NCBI GenBank assembly: GCA_041659805.1
Contig: JBAZXP010000001.1
Location: forward strand, 320,589-384,588
Origin: Microgenomates group bacterium
GTDB lineage: Bacteria > Patescibacteriota > Microgenomatia > Daviesbacterales > UBA10151
Direction: 5' to 3'
Length of the DNA stretch: 64,000 nt
The position numbers and the translations under genes were made by a program. Positions 55,499 through 64,000 of the stretch are shown piece by piece. The notes under the pieces were generated by a model. It saw only the letters and a list, made by a program, of their open reading frames with translations. It was not told the DNA's origin and did no database searches. The first letter of the stretch is position 1. Each line of letters starts with the position of its first letter.

Positions 55499-56011
55499 TT
55501 AATTTATTGCCTTTTTCACTTCTGACTTAGCTCTTAAGATTTTATTTTGTAAACTTACTAAATTACTTTTTAAATTTGCAGCACTGTTATTTATTGCCCC
55601 TGCATAATTTCCACTACCAATTTGAGGTGTATAATCCTGAATCCTTTGATAGGCCAAAGCTTCTGCAGCATAGTTTAAATAATAAGCAGCAGTATCTAGT
55701 TTTGTATTTCCTTGTCCGTAAGCAACCACAGTTTTAGTAACATTTTGTCTGGATTTTTCTTCTTCCAAAATTGCAGATAATTTATCGATATCCAGCTGAA
55801 ATCTGTTACAAACTAATTGATTGATATTTTTTAACTCATTATCAGCTGTGATAATGGATTGTTTCTTTTGAGTATCCTGAATTTTGGATAAATTATTTTC
55901 GAAATTAGCCCTAGTTTGCTGGTAGATATCTTCTGGTGTAATTCTGGCAAAAGTAGGGGAGGCAAAAAAAAGATTTATAAAGATGACTAAAAATAATATC
56001 AGGCCTGCCAT
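55499..56011 (-). CDS. Secreted protein (hypothetical)
   Basis: 170 aa; signal-peptide-like N-terminus ending ...SPTFA-RITP. Confidence 0.4.
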   Translation of the reverse strand: MAGLILFLVIFINLFFASPTFARITPEDIYQQTRANFENNLSKIQDTQKKQSIITADNELKNINQLVCNRFQLDIDKLSAILEEEKSRQNVTKTVVAYGQGNTKLDTAAYYLNYAAEALAYQRIQDYTPQIGSGNYAGAINNSAANLKSNLVSLQNKILRAKSEVKKAIN

Positions 56012-56074
56012 AGAACTTATTATATATAAGCATTATATATAAACATAGCTTGAAATTTTTAGGAAAAAATTATG

Positions 56075-56108
56075 AAAAACCCCACAGCTTTCACTGTAGG
56101 GGGTTTTC
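56075..56108 (-). terminator. Intrinsic terminator after the zinc-ribbon gene (A-run / hairpin / T-run, potentially bidirectional)
   Basis: aaaaaCCCCACAGctttcaCTGTAGGGGgtttt. Confidence 0.4.
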
Positions 56109-56140
56109 ATAAATGGTGAATTCACCAATTGGTTTTTAAG

Positions 56141-56284
56141 TTAGACTTGAGAACCAATTTTGTACATTCCTGTACCACAAACTGAACAGACACCTTTAAC
56201 TGCTGGTTTACCGTTTTTCATTGTTACGTTTTGAGCATCGTTGGCATCTCTTTTTTGGCGACATTTTACGCAATACATTTGCAT
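56141..56284 (-). CDS. Small zinc-ribbon protein (CxxC...CxxC)
   Basis: 47-aa ORF below the track cutoff: MQMYCVKCRQKRDANDAQNVTMKNGKPAVKGVCSVCGTGMYKIGSQV. Confidence 0.45.
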   Translation of the reverse strand: MQMYCVKCRQKRDANDAQNVTMKNGKPAVKGVCSVCGTGMYKIGSQV

Positions 56285-56302
56285 GTTGATATTCACCTCC
56301 TT

Positions 56303-56563
56303 TCAGATTTTGACTACAAACTTAAGCATTAACTGAACAAAAAGGGCAATTATAGCCAGAGTAGCTATTTTTAATAAATCTTTTCTAAGATAAGCCAAGT
56401 CTTGATGTTGATGGTGATCTAGCGTGAGCGTTGCAGATTGATTGGTAGCTGTCATCTTATTGTTTTGAACTTTGATATTTTTCTCTTTTCCGAAGAGTTG
56501 GATTTTTAAGGCCTGCAATCTTTTTTCTGTATCAGTCAATTCTTTTGCTTGAGAATAAGCCAT
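56303..56563 (-). CDS. Small protein with a C-terminal TM helix (hypothetical)
   Basis: 86 aa; AGGAGGT RBS 6 nt upstream. Confidence 0.4.
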   Translation of the reverse strand: MAYSQAKELTDTEKRLQALKIQLFGKEKNIKVQNNKMTATNQSATLTLDHHQHQDLAYLRKDLLKIATLAIIALFVQLMLKFVVKI

Positions 56564-56666
56564 TGTTTGTTAGTTTACCTCCAAAAGTGATTAGCCTTGG
56601 ACCATTTGAGCCTAACAGACTTTTTTGTGCCTGTCAAGCGTGAGATAAAAAATAGAGTATTCTCCG

Positions 56667-56696
56667 TTGACAAGGATCTTCTTTTTTAGGTAATAT
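56667..56696 (+). promoter_or_regulatory. Promoter (TTGACA-N18-TAATAT) for the DUF4446 to secF gene string
   Basis: ttgaca at 56667-56672, taatat at 56691-56696. The -35 lies within an imperfect inverted repeat CCTGTCAA...TTGACAAGG. Confidence 0.35.
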
Positions 56697-56710
56697 TAAA
56701 AGAGTAATTT

Positions 56711-57154
56711 ATGTATTCAGGAGAGGGCAGTATGTTTTTGATTCTTGGTGCTGCCGGACTCGTCTGGATGTTTGTTCTGAGCGTGATTGTTTGGAAAAAC
56801 ACTGTTTTTCTAAAAAAACTGTTTCCTGATAAGACAGGTGATTTTAAAGAAAAACTGGAAGAGTCATTGAGGGCAGTGGAAAGGGTTGAGAGCTTTCGGA
56901 AGAAAAACTTAGAGAATGTCCAGAAGGTATATTTGAAAAGGTATAATCCTTATCATGATACCGGAGGAGATCAAAGTTTTTCTGTCAGTTTACTGGATGG
57001 ACATGGTAACGGTTTAGTAATAACCAGTCTACATTCCAGATCCGGTACCAGAGTTTTTGCAAAACCGGTAAAGGGCGGCAAAGAGGGTGGGTTTGAATTT
57101 TCAGAAGAGGAAAAAGCAGTAGTAGAGAAAGCAATTTTAGGTAAAAATAATTAA
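56711..57154 (+). CDS. DUF4446-like membrane-anchored protein
   Basis: 147 aa; ...KRYNPYHDTGGDQSFSVSLLDGHGNGLVITSLHSRSGTRVFAKPV... resembles DUF4446. Family recalled by eye. Confidence 0.45.
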   Translation: MYSGEGSMFLILGAAGLVWMFVLSVIVWKNTVFLKKLFPDKTGDFKEKLEESLRAVERVESFRKKNLENVQKVYLKRYNPYHDTGGDQSFSVSLLDGHGNGLVITSLHSRSGTRVFAKPVKGGKEGGFEFSEEEKAVVEKAILGKNN

Positions 57155-57155
57155 C

Positions 57156-58340
57156 ATGATGTCTTTTTTTAATAATTTAACAACAATTCAAAAAAGTTTA
57201 GTTGTCTCTATCGCATCTATTGTTTTATTTGTTGCTTCTGCAGGCTTGTCTTATTCTATTTTTTCCAAGCTATCCATCGGAGGAGGTGGAACGCAACAAT
57301 TAGCAACTGCTTTACCTTCTCCCGGGGCAGCATTTGAAGAAGACCCCAACGAACCAAAAACAGAAGTTTGTCCCTTAAACGGTGCAATGAAAACTAAAAG
57401 ATCAAAAGATAATTGGGTTACCAGATATCCTTTAGCGGTGATGATTGAAAATCACACCGAAGCGCGTCCTCAATCGGGTTTGTCTTATGCAGACGTAGTA
57501 TATGAAGCAGTCGCAGAAGGAGGGATCACACGGTTTATGGCTATATACCTATGTAATTTATCAGATGTGCAAGTTGGACCGGTCAGATCTGCCAGAACTT
57601 ATTATCTTGATTGGTTGTCAGAATATGATGCGTTGTATGCTCATGTAGGGGGAGCTAATACTCCGGGACCTGCTGATGCTTTAGGTCAGATTATTAAATA
57701 TAACATCAAGGATATGAATCAATTCAGTATTGGATTCCCGACTTTTTGGAGAGACTACCAAAGACTTGGACGTACTGTTGCCACAGAACACACAATGTAT
57801 TCCACAACCCAAAAACTCTGGGAAGTAGCTTCAAAAAGAGGATGGGTGAATAATGATTCTGTAAGGAAGTGGGAAGATGGATTTATTCAATGGAAATTTA
57901 AAGATGATCAAAAAAATGTTAACGCTGCATTGCCCACTGCCACAAATATTAATGTTGAGTTTTGGCAATCTTACGGAGATTTTAATGTAAATTGGAATTT
58001 TGATACAGCCTGTAATTGTTATAAGAGAAACAATGGCGGCTCGTCTCATCAGGACTTGGATAATAATCAGCAATTATCAGCCAAAAATGTAGTTGTTCAG
58101 TTTGAGAAAGAATCGAATGCAAATGACGGTTACGAAAATAACGCTCATTTGCTCTATAAAACAATTGGTGAAGGCAGGGCTTTAATTTTCCAGGATGGCA
58201 AAGTAATTGACGGAAAATGGAGTAAAGCTAACCGTTTGGCAAGAAGTAAGTATACTGATTCTAAAGGAAATGAAATAAGCTTTAACCGGGGTGTGATTTG
58301 GATCCAAACTGTTCGCGAGGGGTCTAAGACGAGTTATTAG
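57156..58340 (+). CDS. DUF3048 domain protein (YerB-like secreted or lipoprotein)
   Basis: 394 aa; ...PLAVMIENHTEARPQSGLSYADVVYEAVAEGGITRFMAIY... is typical of DUF3048. Confidence 0.55.
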   Translation: MMSFFNNLTTIQKSLVVSIASIVLFVASAGLSYSIFSKLSIGGGGTQQLATALPSPGAAFEEDPNEPKTEVCPLNGAMKTKRSKDNWVTRYPLAVMIENHTEARPQSGLSYADVVYEAVAEGGITRFMAIYLCNLSDVQVGPVRSARTYYLDWLSEYDALYAHVGGANTPGPADALGQIIKYNIKDMNQFSIGFPTFWRDYQRLGRTVATEHTMYSTTQKLWEVASKRGWVNNDSVRKWEDGFIQWKFKDDQKNVNAALPTATNINVEFWQSYGDFNVNWNFDTACNCYKRNNGGSSHQDLDNNQQLSAKNVVVQFEKESNANDGYENNAHLLYKTIGEGRALIFQDGKVIDGKWSKANRLARSKYTDSKGNEISFNRGVIWIQTVREGSKTSY

Positions 58341-58387
58341 GATCTAATAAGTCCTCCTGCCCAACAAAGAAAGGAGGTAATAAATAC

Positions 58388-58972
58388 ATGGAAGATCTAT
58401 TTGTATCGCGTGTTCGGGTAAAACTCCTAACATTATTCTTAACTACCCAGGAAGATTTACTACATGTTAGGGAAATTGTGCGCCGTGTTGGCGAAGAAAT
58501 AAATGCTGTCAGACGCGAATTACAACGGATGGAAAAATTCGGTATGGTGGCTTCAGAATGGAGAGCAAACAGAAGATTATACCGTTTTCGAAAAGACTAT
58601 GTGTTTTATAGAGAACTCTTGGGTTTTGTCGCAAAGGATAGTGGTTTGGGAGGAGTAATCGTAAAAAACAAGAGTAAAATTGGCCGGATTAAATATACAA
58701 TGATGGCACTCCGATTTGTAAATAATAAACCTTCAAGTGCAGAAGATGTGGATTTGCTCGTTGTAGGGCAGATTGTTTTACCGGAATTGCAGGCGATTGT
58801 TGCTGATGAACAAGCGAAAAGAGAAGCAGAAATAAACTATTCCTTTATGGATGAAGCTGAATTTAATTTTCGTGTGAAGCGCCGTGACCCGTTTATTTTA
58901 AGAGTTATCACTCAACCTAAAGTAATGGTATTAGGGGATGAAGAAGAAATGCTATCCGGAATGAGATTTTAA
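58388..58972 (+). CDS. Hypothetical protein with an N-terminal winged-helix-like region
   Basis: 194 aa; weak HTH-like N-terminus. Confidence 0.3.
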   Translation: MEDLFVSRVRVKLLTLFLTTQEDLLHVREIVRRVGEEINAVRRELQRMEKFGMVASEWRANRRLYRFRKDYVFYRELLGFVAKDSGLGGVIVKNKSKIGRIKYTMMALRFVNNKPSSAEDVDLLVVGQIVLPELQAIVADEQAKREAEINYSFMDEAEFNFRVKRRDPFILRVITQPKVMVLGDEEEMLSGMRF

Positions 58973-60360
58973 TGAAGAAGCCCCGCATCGCTTTGTGGTC
59001 AATAATAATTTTTACTTTGCTGGCTATTTTAGTTAATCTTCCTTCAGCCAAAAATTTACCCAATAAATATGGGGGATTAAATTTAGGTTTTCTCAAAAAT
59101 GATAAAATTACGCTTAATTTATTTGGTAAAAAATTAGATTTAAGCTTTCTTGCTCCGGCTTCTATAACAGGCAGATTTCCAATTAAGTTGGGTTTAGATC
59201 TTCAGGGAGGTACAGAATTAATCCTGCAAACTGACATGTCAAAGATTGCTGCCTCTGATCGTGACAATGCATTGGAATCTGCACGTCAGATTATTGAAAG
59301 AAGGGTAAATCTGTACGGTGTTTCTGAAAGTGTGGTGCAATCTTCTAAATTAGGAGATCAACGAAGAATTTTAGTTGAACTACCGGGCGTTAAAGATTCT
59401 TCATCGGCTGCAAATTTAGTCGGGAAAACAGCTCTTTTGGAATTTAGGGAAATTCCTGCAACTGCTGCTGCTGAAGCAAGTAAATCAGGTATTCCGATTT
59501 TGGCATTTGCAGAGCCAACAGGACTTACAGGTGCGGATTTAAAAAAGTCGACAGTTACTTTTGGTTCCGGAGGAACAAAGGCTGGTCCGCAAGTCTCGAT
59601 CGAATTTACAAATATCGGAGCACAAAAATTTGGTGAAATTACTAAAAGAAATGTGGGGAAGCCTTTGGCGATATTTTTGGATGGATCACCGGTGAGCGCG
59701 CCTATTGTTGAACAGGAGATTTTGGGTGGAAGTGCAGTGATCTCAGGAAATTTTACTTCAACCGAGGCAAAGAATTTAAGTATTCAATTAAATGCAGGCG
59801 CATTACCTGTACCGATTGAGATTATTAAGCAACATTCAATTGGTGCGTCGTTAGGCAATGAGTCAGTTCAAAGAAGTTTAATGGCAGGATTTATAGGGAT
59901 TACCACAGTTATTATTTTTATGATTGCTTACTATGGAATTTATGGGATATTGGCTGATGTTGCCTTGATAATCTATACGCTTTTAGTTTTAGCTATTTTT
60001 AGAACTGGTTTATTTTTGATTCCTCCTGTGACTTTAACTTTAGCGGGTATTGCCGGATTCATATTATCAATCGGAATGGCAGTTGATGCCAATATTTTAA
60101 CATTCGAAAGGATGAAGGAAGAGTTAAGGTCAGGAAAAACCGGAAAACTGGCAATGGAGACAGGTTTTAATCGGGCTTGGACATCAATAAGAGATTCTAA
60201 TGTTTCATCGCTCATTACAGCTACTATTTTGTATGTATTCGGGACAAGTGTTGTGAAAGGTTTTGCTTTGACTTTGGCAATTGGTGTTTTAGTATCTATG
60301 TTTTCTGCTATTGTTGTAACAAGAACAATTTTAAGAATGTTACCAAGATTTAAAAAATGA
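58972..60360 (+). CDS. secD: Protein translocase subunit SecD
   Basis: 462 aa; LGLDLQGGTELILQ periplasmic motif and six C-terminal TM helices. Confidence 0.9.
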   Translation: MKKPRIALWSIIIFTLLAILVNLPSAKNLPNKYGGLNLGFLKNDKITLNLFGKKLDLSFLAPASITGRFPIKLGLDLQGGTELILQTDMSKIAASDRDNALESARQIIERRVNLYGVSESVVQSSKLGDQRRILVELPGVKDSSSAANLVGKTALLEFREIPATAAAEASKSGIPILAFAEPTGLTGADLKKSTVTFGSGGTKAGPQVSIEFTNIGAQKFGEITKRNVGKPLAIFLDGSPVSAPIVEQEILGGSAVISGNFTSTEAKNLSIQLNAGALPVPIEIIKQHSIGASLGNESVQRSLMAGFIGITTVIIFMIAYYGIYGILADVALIIYTLLVLAIFRTGLFLIPPVTLTLAGIAGFILSIGMAVDANILTFERMKEELRSGKTGKLAMETGFNRAWTSIRDSNVSSLITATILYVFGTSVVKGFALTLAIGVLVSMFSAIVVTRTILRMLPRFKK

Positions 60361-61232
60361 AATTTAAAGCAGCTAAACCACATTATGAATATTTAAGGAA
60401 AAAATGGATTGCGAAACAGAAATCTTCCTCGGAAAAATTCTTAACGACTCATTCTGATTCTTTGCGTAAGATGGCTGTCGGAGGATTGGGGGGATTGCTG
60501 CTTTTGACTACACCTGGGATGGCTTCAGGGGTGCCTTTAGCAACCCAGTCACATCAGACAGGAATTGGGAGTACTGAAGATAAAAATGCATTACTGGCAA
60601 AAGATTTGCAAAGTGAAGTTCCAACTGACACCAGCAACCTAACTGCAGATCAGGAAGCAAAAGTTCAGAGTACTTTATCAAATTATCTGGGGGTGAACGC
60701 TAAAGCAGAACTTGAAGGAATTAGATTAAATAGGACATATGGTGTAATTGGAGGTGAGCAACATTTATACCGTTATCCTGGTGACAATTTATATAAACAT
60801 GCAGAAAACGCGGCTGATTCAGCAATGTATATTCCTTCCGGTATTGCACCTGGTTTAGGAGCCTGGGGATATTGGGCACCATCAGAGACAGCTTTTACCC
60901 CAGAAATGAAAGAACAGGAGCGGTATTACTTGGCAGTACAGACTTTTTTAGTGCCGGGTTATGCTGAAAATGTCAAAAAATATTCAAACTTTTTTAAACA
61001 TCGTAAAATGGTAGTGGTTAATCCAAAAACAGGTCAGGCAGTTGTTGCTGTAATAGGAGACGCTGGTCCAGCAGAGTGGACAGGAAAACACTTAGGTGGT
61101 TCGCCTGAAGTGATGGAAGGTGTCGGTTTAGCAGGAGGACCAAGAAAAGGACCAGTACTTTACTTTTTTCTGGATGACCCGCAAAATAAAGTACCACTTG
61201 GTCCGCTTAAAGTATCAGGAGGAGGAAACTAA
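60357..61232 (+). CDS. Secreted protein inserted between secD and secF (possibly RlpA-like DPBB domain)
   Basis: 291 aa; signal/TM GGLGGLLLLTTPGMASG; ...AVVAVIGDAGPAEWTGKHLGG... loosely resembles an RlpA-like fold. Weak. Confidence 0.35.
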   Translation: MKFKAAKPHYEYLRKKWIAKQKSSSEKFLTTHSDSLRKMAVGGLGGLLLLTTPGMASGVPLATQSHQTGIGSTEDKNALLAKDLQSEVPTDTSNLTADQEAKVQSTLSNYLGVNAKAELEGIRLNRTYGVIGGEQHLYRYPGDNLYKHAENAADSAMYIPSGIAPGLGAWGYWAPSETAFTPEMKEQERYYLAVQTFLVPGYAENVKKYSNFFKHRKMVVVNPKTGQAVVAVIGDAGPAEWTGKHLGGSPEVMEGVGLAGGPRKGPVLYFFLDDPQNKVPLGPLKVSGGGN

Positions 61233-61564
61233 TGGGATATTTCTATTCAAACTTAGTTGCTATAGAAACTTTAACAGAAAAACTTGATGAGATGGATATG
61301 ACAGAGTCTCAAAGAAAGCATTTGGCTGAGCTAATTGATTCAACCATTCATCAGGAAGTTTTGAATATTATCTTTGCCAGATTGACTGACACGGATAAAC
61401 TATTATTTATTGAAGAACTTAAAAAAGACCCCTCTAATCCTGAAATTCTTAAGTTATTGAATGATAAGGCAGGAGATATCGAAGATGAAATAAAAAAAGC
61501 AATTACAAAAATTAAAAAGGAATTACATGAGGATGTGGAAACTGCTAAAAGGGGAGGGGAATAA
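61232..61564 (+). CDS. Hypothetical helical protein
   Basis: 110 aa; ATGA overlap with the upstream gene. Confidence 0.3.
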   Translation: MGYFYSNLVAIETLTEKLDEMDMTESQRKHLAELIDSTIHQEVLNIIFARLTDTDKLLFIEELKKDPSNPEILKLLNDKAGDIEDEIKKAITKIKKELHEDVETAKRGGE

Positions 61565-61565
61565 A

Positions 61566-62453
61566 ATGATTAATTTGATGGGGAAAAAATGGTGGTTTTT
61601 TATACTTTCTACGATCATGATTATCCCGGGTGTTATTTCGCTTTTCCTTTACGGATTAAAACTGGGAATAGATTTTTCTGGAGGAGCCCTTTTAGAATAT
61701 CGTTTTGAAAAAAATATTGATAAAGAAATTCTAAAACAAAATGTGAGCTTGGCAAAAGTAGAAGTGTCTTCTGTTACAGATTCGGGCTCTAATACTTATA
61801 TTATAAAAACTAAACCAATTAGTCAGGATGCCATTAATAATATCAGAGAGATATTAAATCAAAAATATGAAAAAGTTACAGAAGAAAGAGTCGAAAATAT
61901 CGGTCCCTCAATAGGCGCAGAGACAACCAAAAATGCCTTTATTGCTGTAATCGTTGCTTCAATCATGATTATTTTATATCTTGCGATTTCTTTTAGGAAA
62001 GTTCCGAAACCAGCTTCTTCCTGGAGATTTGGGGTTACAGCGGTAATAGCTCTTTTGCACGATGTTTTGCTTTTGCTAGGAGTTTTTTCTTTGTTGGGAC
62101 ATTTTTGGGGTGTTGAAATTGACACACTTTTTGTAACAGCTGTTTTAACTGTGATTGGATTTTCTGTTCATGATACGATCGTTGTTTTTGATAGAATCAG
62201 AGAAAATTTGCCCAAAAATTTATCCAAAAACTTTACAGAAGTTGCTAATATTTCTATCACTCAAACACTAGCTAGATCTTTAAATACTTCCCTAACAGTA
62301 GTCTTAGTACTTTTAGCAATGTTGCTTTTTGGTGGAGAATCAATTAGATGGTTTATCGTAGCGCTTCTTGTAGGAATAATTTCAGGAACATATTCTTCTA
62401 TTTTTAATGCCACAGCCCTTTTGGATGTTTGGGAAGAAAAACTCGGCCACTGA
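61566..62453 (+). CDS. secF: Protein translocase subunit SecF
   Basis: MINLMGKKWWFFILSTIMIIPGV...LGIDFSGG... is SecF; the start was set to the ATG at 61566, after the upstream stop. Confidence 0.9.
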   Translation: MINLMGKKWWFFILSTIMIIPGVISLFLYGLKLGIDFSGGALLEYRFEKNIDKEILKQNVSLAKVEVSSVTDSGSNTYIIKTKPISQDAINNIREILNQKYEKVTEERVENIGPSIGAETTKNAFIAVIVASIMIILYLAISFRKVPKPASSWRFGVTAVIALLHDVLLLLGVFSLLGHFWGVEIDTLFVTAVLTVIGFSVHDTIVVFDRIRENLPKNLSKNFTEVANISITQTLARSLNTSLTVVLVLLAMLLFGGESIRWFIVALLVGIISGTYSSIFNATALLDVWEEKLGH

Positions 62454-62454
62454 C

Positions 62455-63087
62455 ATGAAGATAGTTTATCGGGGTGGGTATAATAAGCATTCAGAAGAAA
62501 GTACTAAAAATTCACTTATCTTTGAATATGCAGATATTGTCAAGGAATTATTAAGTAAGGGTAAGAAAGTAGTGTATGTTACATTGGCAAAGCCAGATGG
62601 TTTTTATGATGAATATTTCTATCCACTTTTGCCCAAAACTATTCAGGTAGTAGATTCTAAAAATTTAGATAATGTTAATTGGTCAGATTTTGATGTAATT
62701 TTTTTGCTTGGTGGATTAACTATACAATTAGATGAATGTTTAAGAAGAAGTAAATTTTCTCTGGAATCTTTAAAAGAAGATGTCGTTTTGGTAGGAGATA
62801 GCGCGGGTGCTTATGTTTTATCCAAATATTATTTTGAAGATCACGACGATGTTAATGTGATTTTAGAATTTCGCAAAGGATTCTGTCCTCAGTCTAGAGT
62901 TATTACTGTAGCCCATGTTAATAATCCGCATTATGTAACACCTAAAATTTTGGAAGAGGTGCATGTATTTGCCAAAGAAAAAGGTATCAGGGTTTTGGAG
63001 CTGATTGAAAATGAATCAAAGCTGCTAGATTCAGAAGGTAATTTTGTTGATTTTGATATAAATCAATTGTTTGAAAAAATTATTTAA
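62455..63087 (+). CDS. Peptidase S51 (dipeptidase E / class I glutamine amidotransferase-like) family protein
   Basis: About 210 aa; LLGGL...VLVGDSAGAY is a Ser nucleophile elbow. Confidence 0.5.
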   Translation: MKIVYRGGYNKHSEESTKNSLIFEYADIVKELLSKGKKVVYVTLAKPDGFYDEYFYPLLPKTIQVVDSKNLDNVNWSDFDVIFLLGGLTIQLDECLRRSKFSLESLKEDVVLVGDSAGAYVLSKYYFEDHDDVNVILEFRKGFCPQSRVITVAHVNNPHYVTPKILEEVHVFAKEKGIRVLELIENESKLLDSEGNFVDFDINQLFEKII

Positions 63088-64000
63088 TTTCTTTAATTCT
63101 ATTTAATAAATATTCCTTATTATTTTTATTTGAGTCTTCTAAAACCTCTTCAAAAAGTTTTTGTAGAATTTCTCCAACTTTTTTACCAGGCTGAATATTT
63201 AAAGCTTCCATTACATCTTGTCCATTAATTTTTAAATCAGATATAGAAAAAGGTTTAGTTAAGACTTGTTTAATTCTGTCTTGGAATGCTTCCATTCTCC
63301 AGGAAACTGCTCTTTCAGTGCCTCCGCCTAATCTGTCTCCTATTCTTAGAGCGATTGCGTCATCTACGTTTTCCAGTTCTACATTATTAATGAATCTTCT
63401 GATTGCAGAATCTGTTTGATTTTCATCAACACTGAATTGATGCCAGCGGACAAGGCGGAATAATTTATCTGTTTGTTTTTTACTCATATTAAACCGTTTT
63501 GCAATTTGCAAGACTAGTCGGGAACCCACAACTTCATGGTTGTGAAAACTTACATTGCCTGTTGTGTCTGTTTTTGCGGTTGAAGGTTTGCCGATATCAT
63601 GAAGAAGTGCTGCGAATCTAACTAAAGGATCTTCGGAAGGCACCGTTTTAAGGGCAAGTAGGGAGTGCTCACCTATATCATAAACTCTTGCATGCTTTGG
63701 ACCTTCTTGTGCAACTCCGAAACAACTTTCTACTTCGGGTAAAATAATTTGCAGAATCCCCGCTTCTCTCAGTTTTAATATACCTATGTATGGATTCGTA
63801 GATGCAAGGATAGCAAAAAGTTCATCTCTCACTCTCTCTTGTGCAATTTCCTTAATTAATGAAGCATCGTCACGGATTGATTTAAAAGTATTTTTTTCTA
63901 TATCAAATTCTAATTGGGTGGCGATTCGGATTGCCCGCATCATTCGGAGCGCATCTTCTTTAAAGCGGTTATTCGGGTCACCCACAGCCTTGATCAGATG
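63080..64000 (-). CDS. cca: CCA-adding enzyme / poly(A) polymerase family protein with HD domain (partial; N-terminal head domain lies beyond the window)
   Basis: ...RFKEDALRMMRAIRIATQLEFDI..., the neck, and the HD motif LLHDIGKP. The ORF stays open at the window edge. Confidence 0.7.
   Translation of the reverse strand, partial: HLIKAVGDPNNRFKEDALRMMRAIRIATQLEFDIEKNTFKSIRDDASLIKEIAQERVRDELFAILASTNPYIGILKLREAGILQIILPEVESCFGVAQEGPKHARVYDIGEHSLLALKTVPSEDPLVRFAALLHDIGKPSTAKTDTTGNVSFHNHEVVGSRLVLQIAKRFNMSKKQTDKLFRLVRWHQFSVDENQTDSAIRRFINNVELENVDDAIALRIGDRLGGGTERAVSWRMEAFQDRIKQVLTKPFSISDLKINGQDVMEALNIQPGKKVGEILQKLFEEVLEDSNKNNKEYLLNRIKEIK

Noticed and set aside
1-64000. CRISPR arrays, integrases, transposases, inverted-repeat-bounded elements
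   Set aside because: I scanned the intergenic regions and found no spaced direct repeats, no recombinase- or transposase-like ORFs and no terminal inverted repeats, so the window looks like core chromosome.

Overview
This is a low-GC (~36%), gene-dense bacterial window read with the standard genetic code. The first 17.7 kb is a near-complete ribosomal-protein supercluster on the + strand: fusA 3' end, tuf, the S10, spc and alpha operons, then rplM-rpsI. It lacks rpmD (L30), carries adk-map-infA after secY, and many r-proteins have charged extensions, which I read as a CPR/Patescibacteria-like or otherwise reduced genome (inference). The rest of the window holds the following:
- a minus-strand prkA/yeaH(yhbH)/spoVR stress-kinase triad;
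- a SAM-I riboswitch in front of metK;
- a YrdC(TsaC)::phosphohexomutase fusion gene;
- a carbon/energy island: PEP synthase, enolase, SDR, ferredoxin-like protein, and a minus-strand operon encoding an ADP-forming acyl-CoA synthetase fused to an FNR-like domain, followed by korA, korB and a transglutaminase-like gene;
- tRNA-Pro(GGG), recA, recX, RNase Y, HU, a TrpR/YerC-like regulator, miaA, and a small RNase P RNA;
- an orphan histidine kinase, comM, a HigBA-like toxin-antitoxin pair, NUDIX and PHP genes;
- secD and secF separated by two inserted genes.
The candidates I consider most novel are (1) the Acd::FNR fusion operon, (2) a perfect 14-bp palindrome shared by the recA upstream region and the promoter of the TrpR/YerC-like gene, (3) the YrdC::PGM fusion, and (4) an attenuator-like leader between rpsJ and rplC. 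No CRISPR arrays, integrases or transposases were seen. Every feature call is from reading the translated ORFs and motifs by eye, so each would need a database search to confirm.
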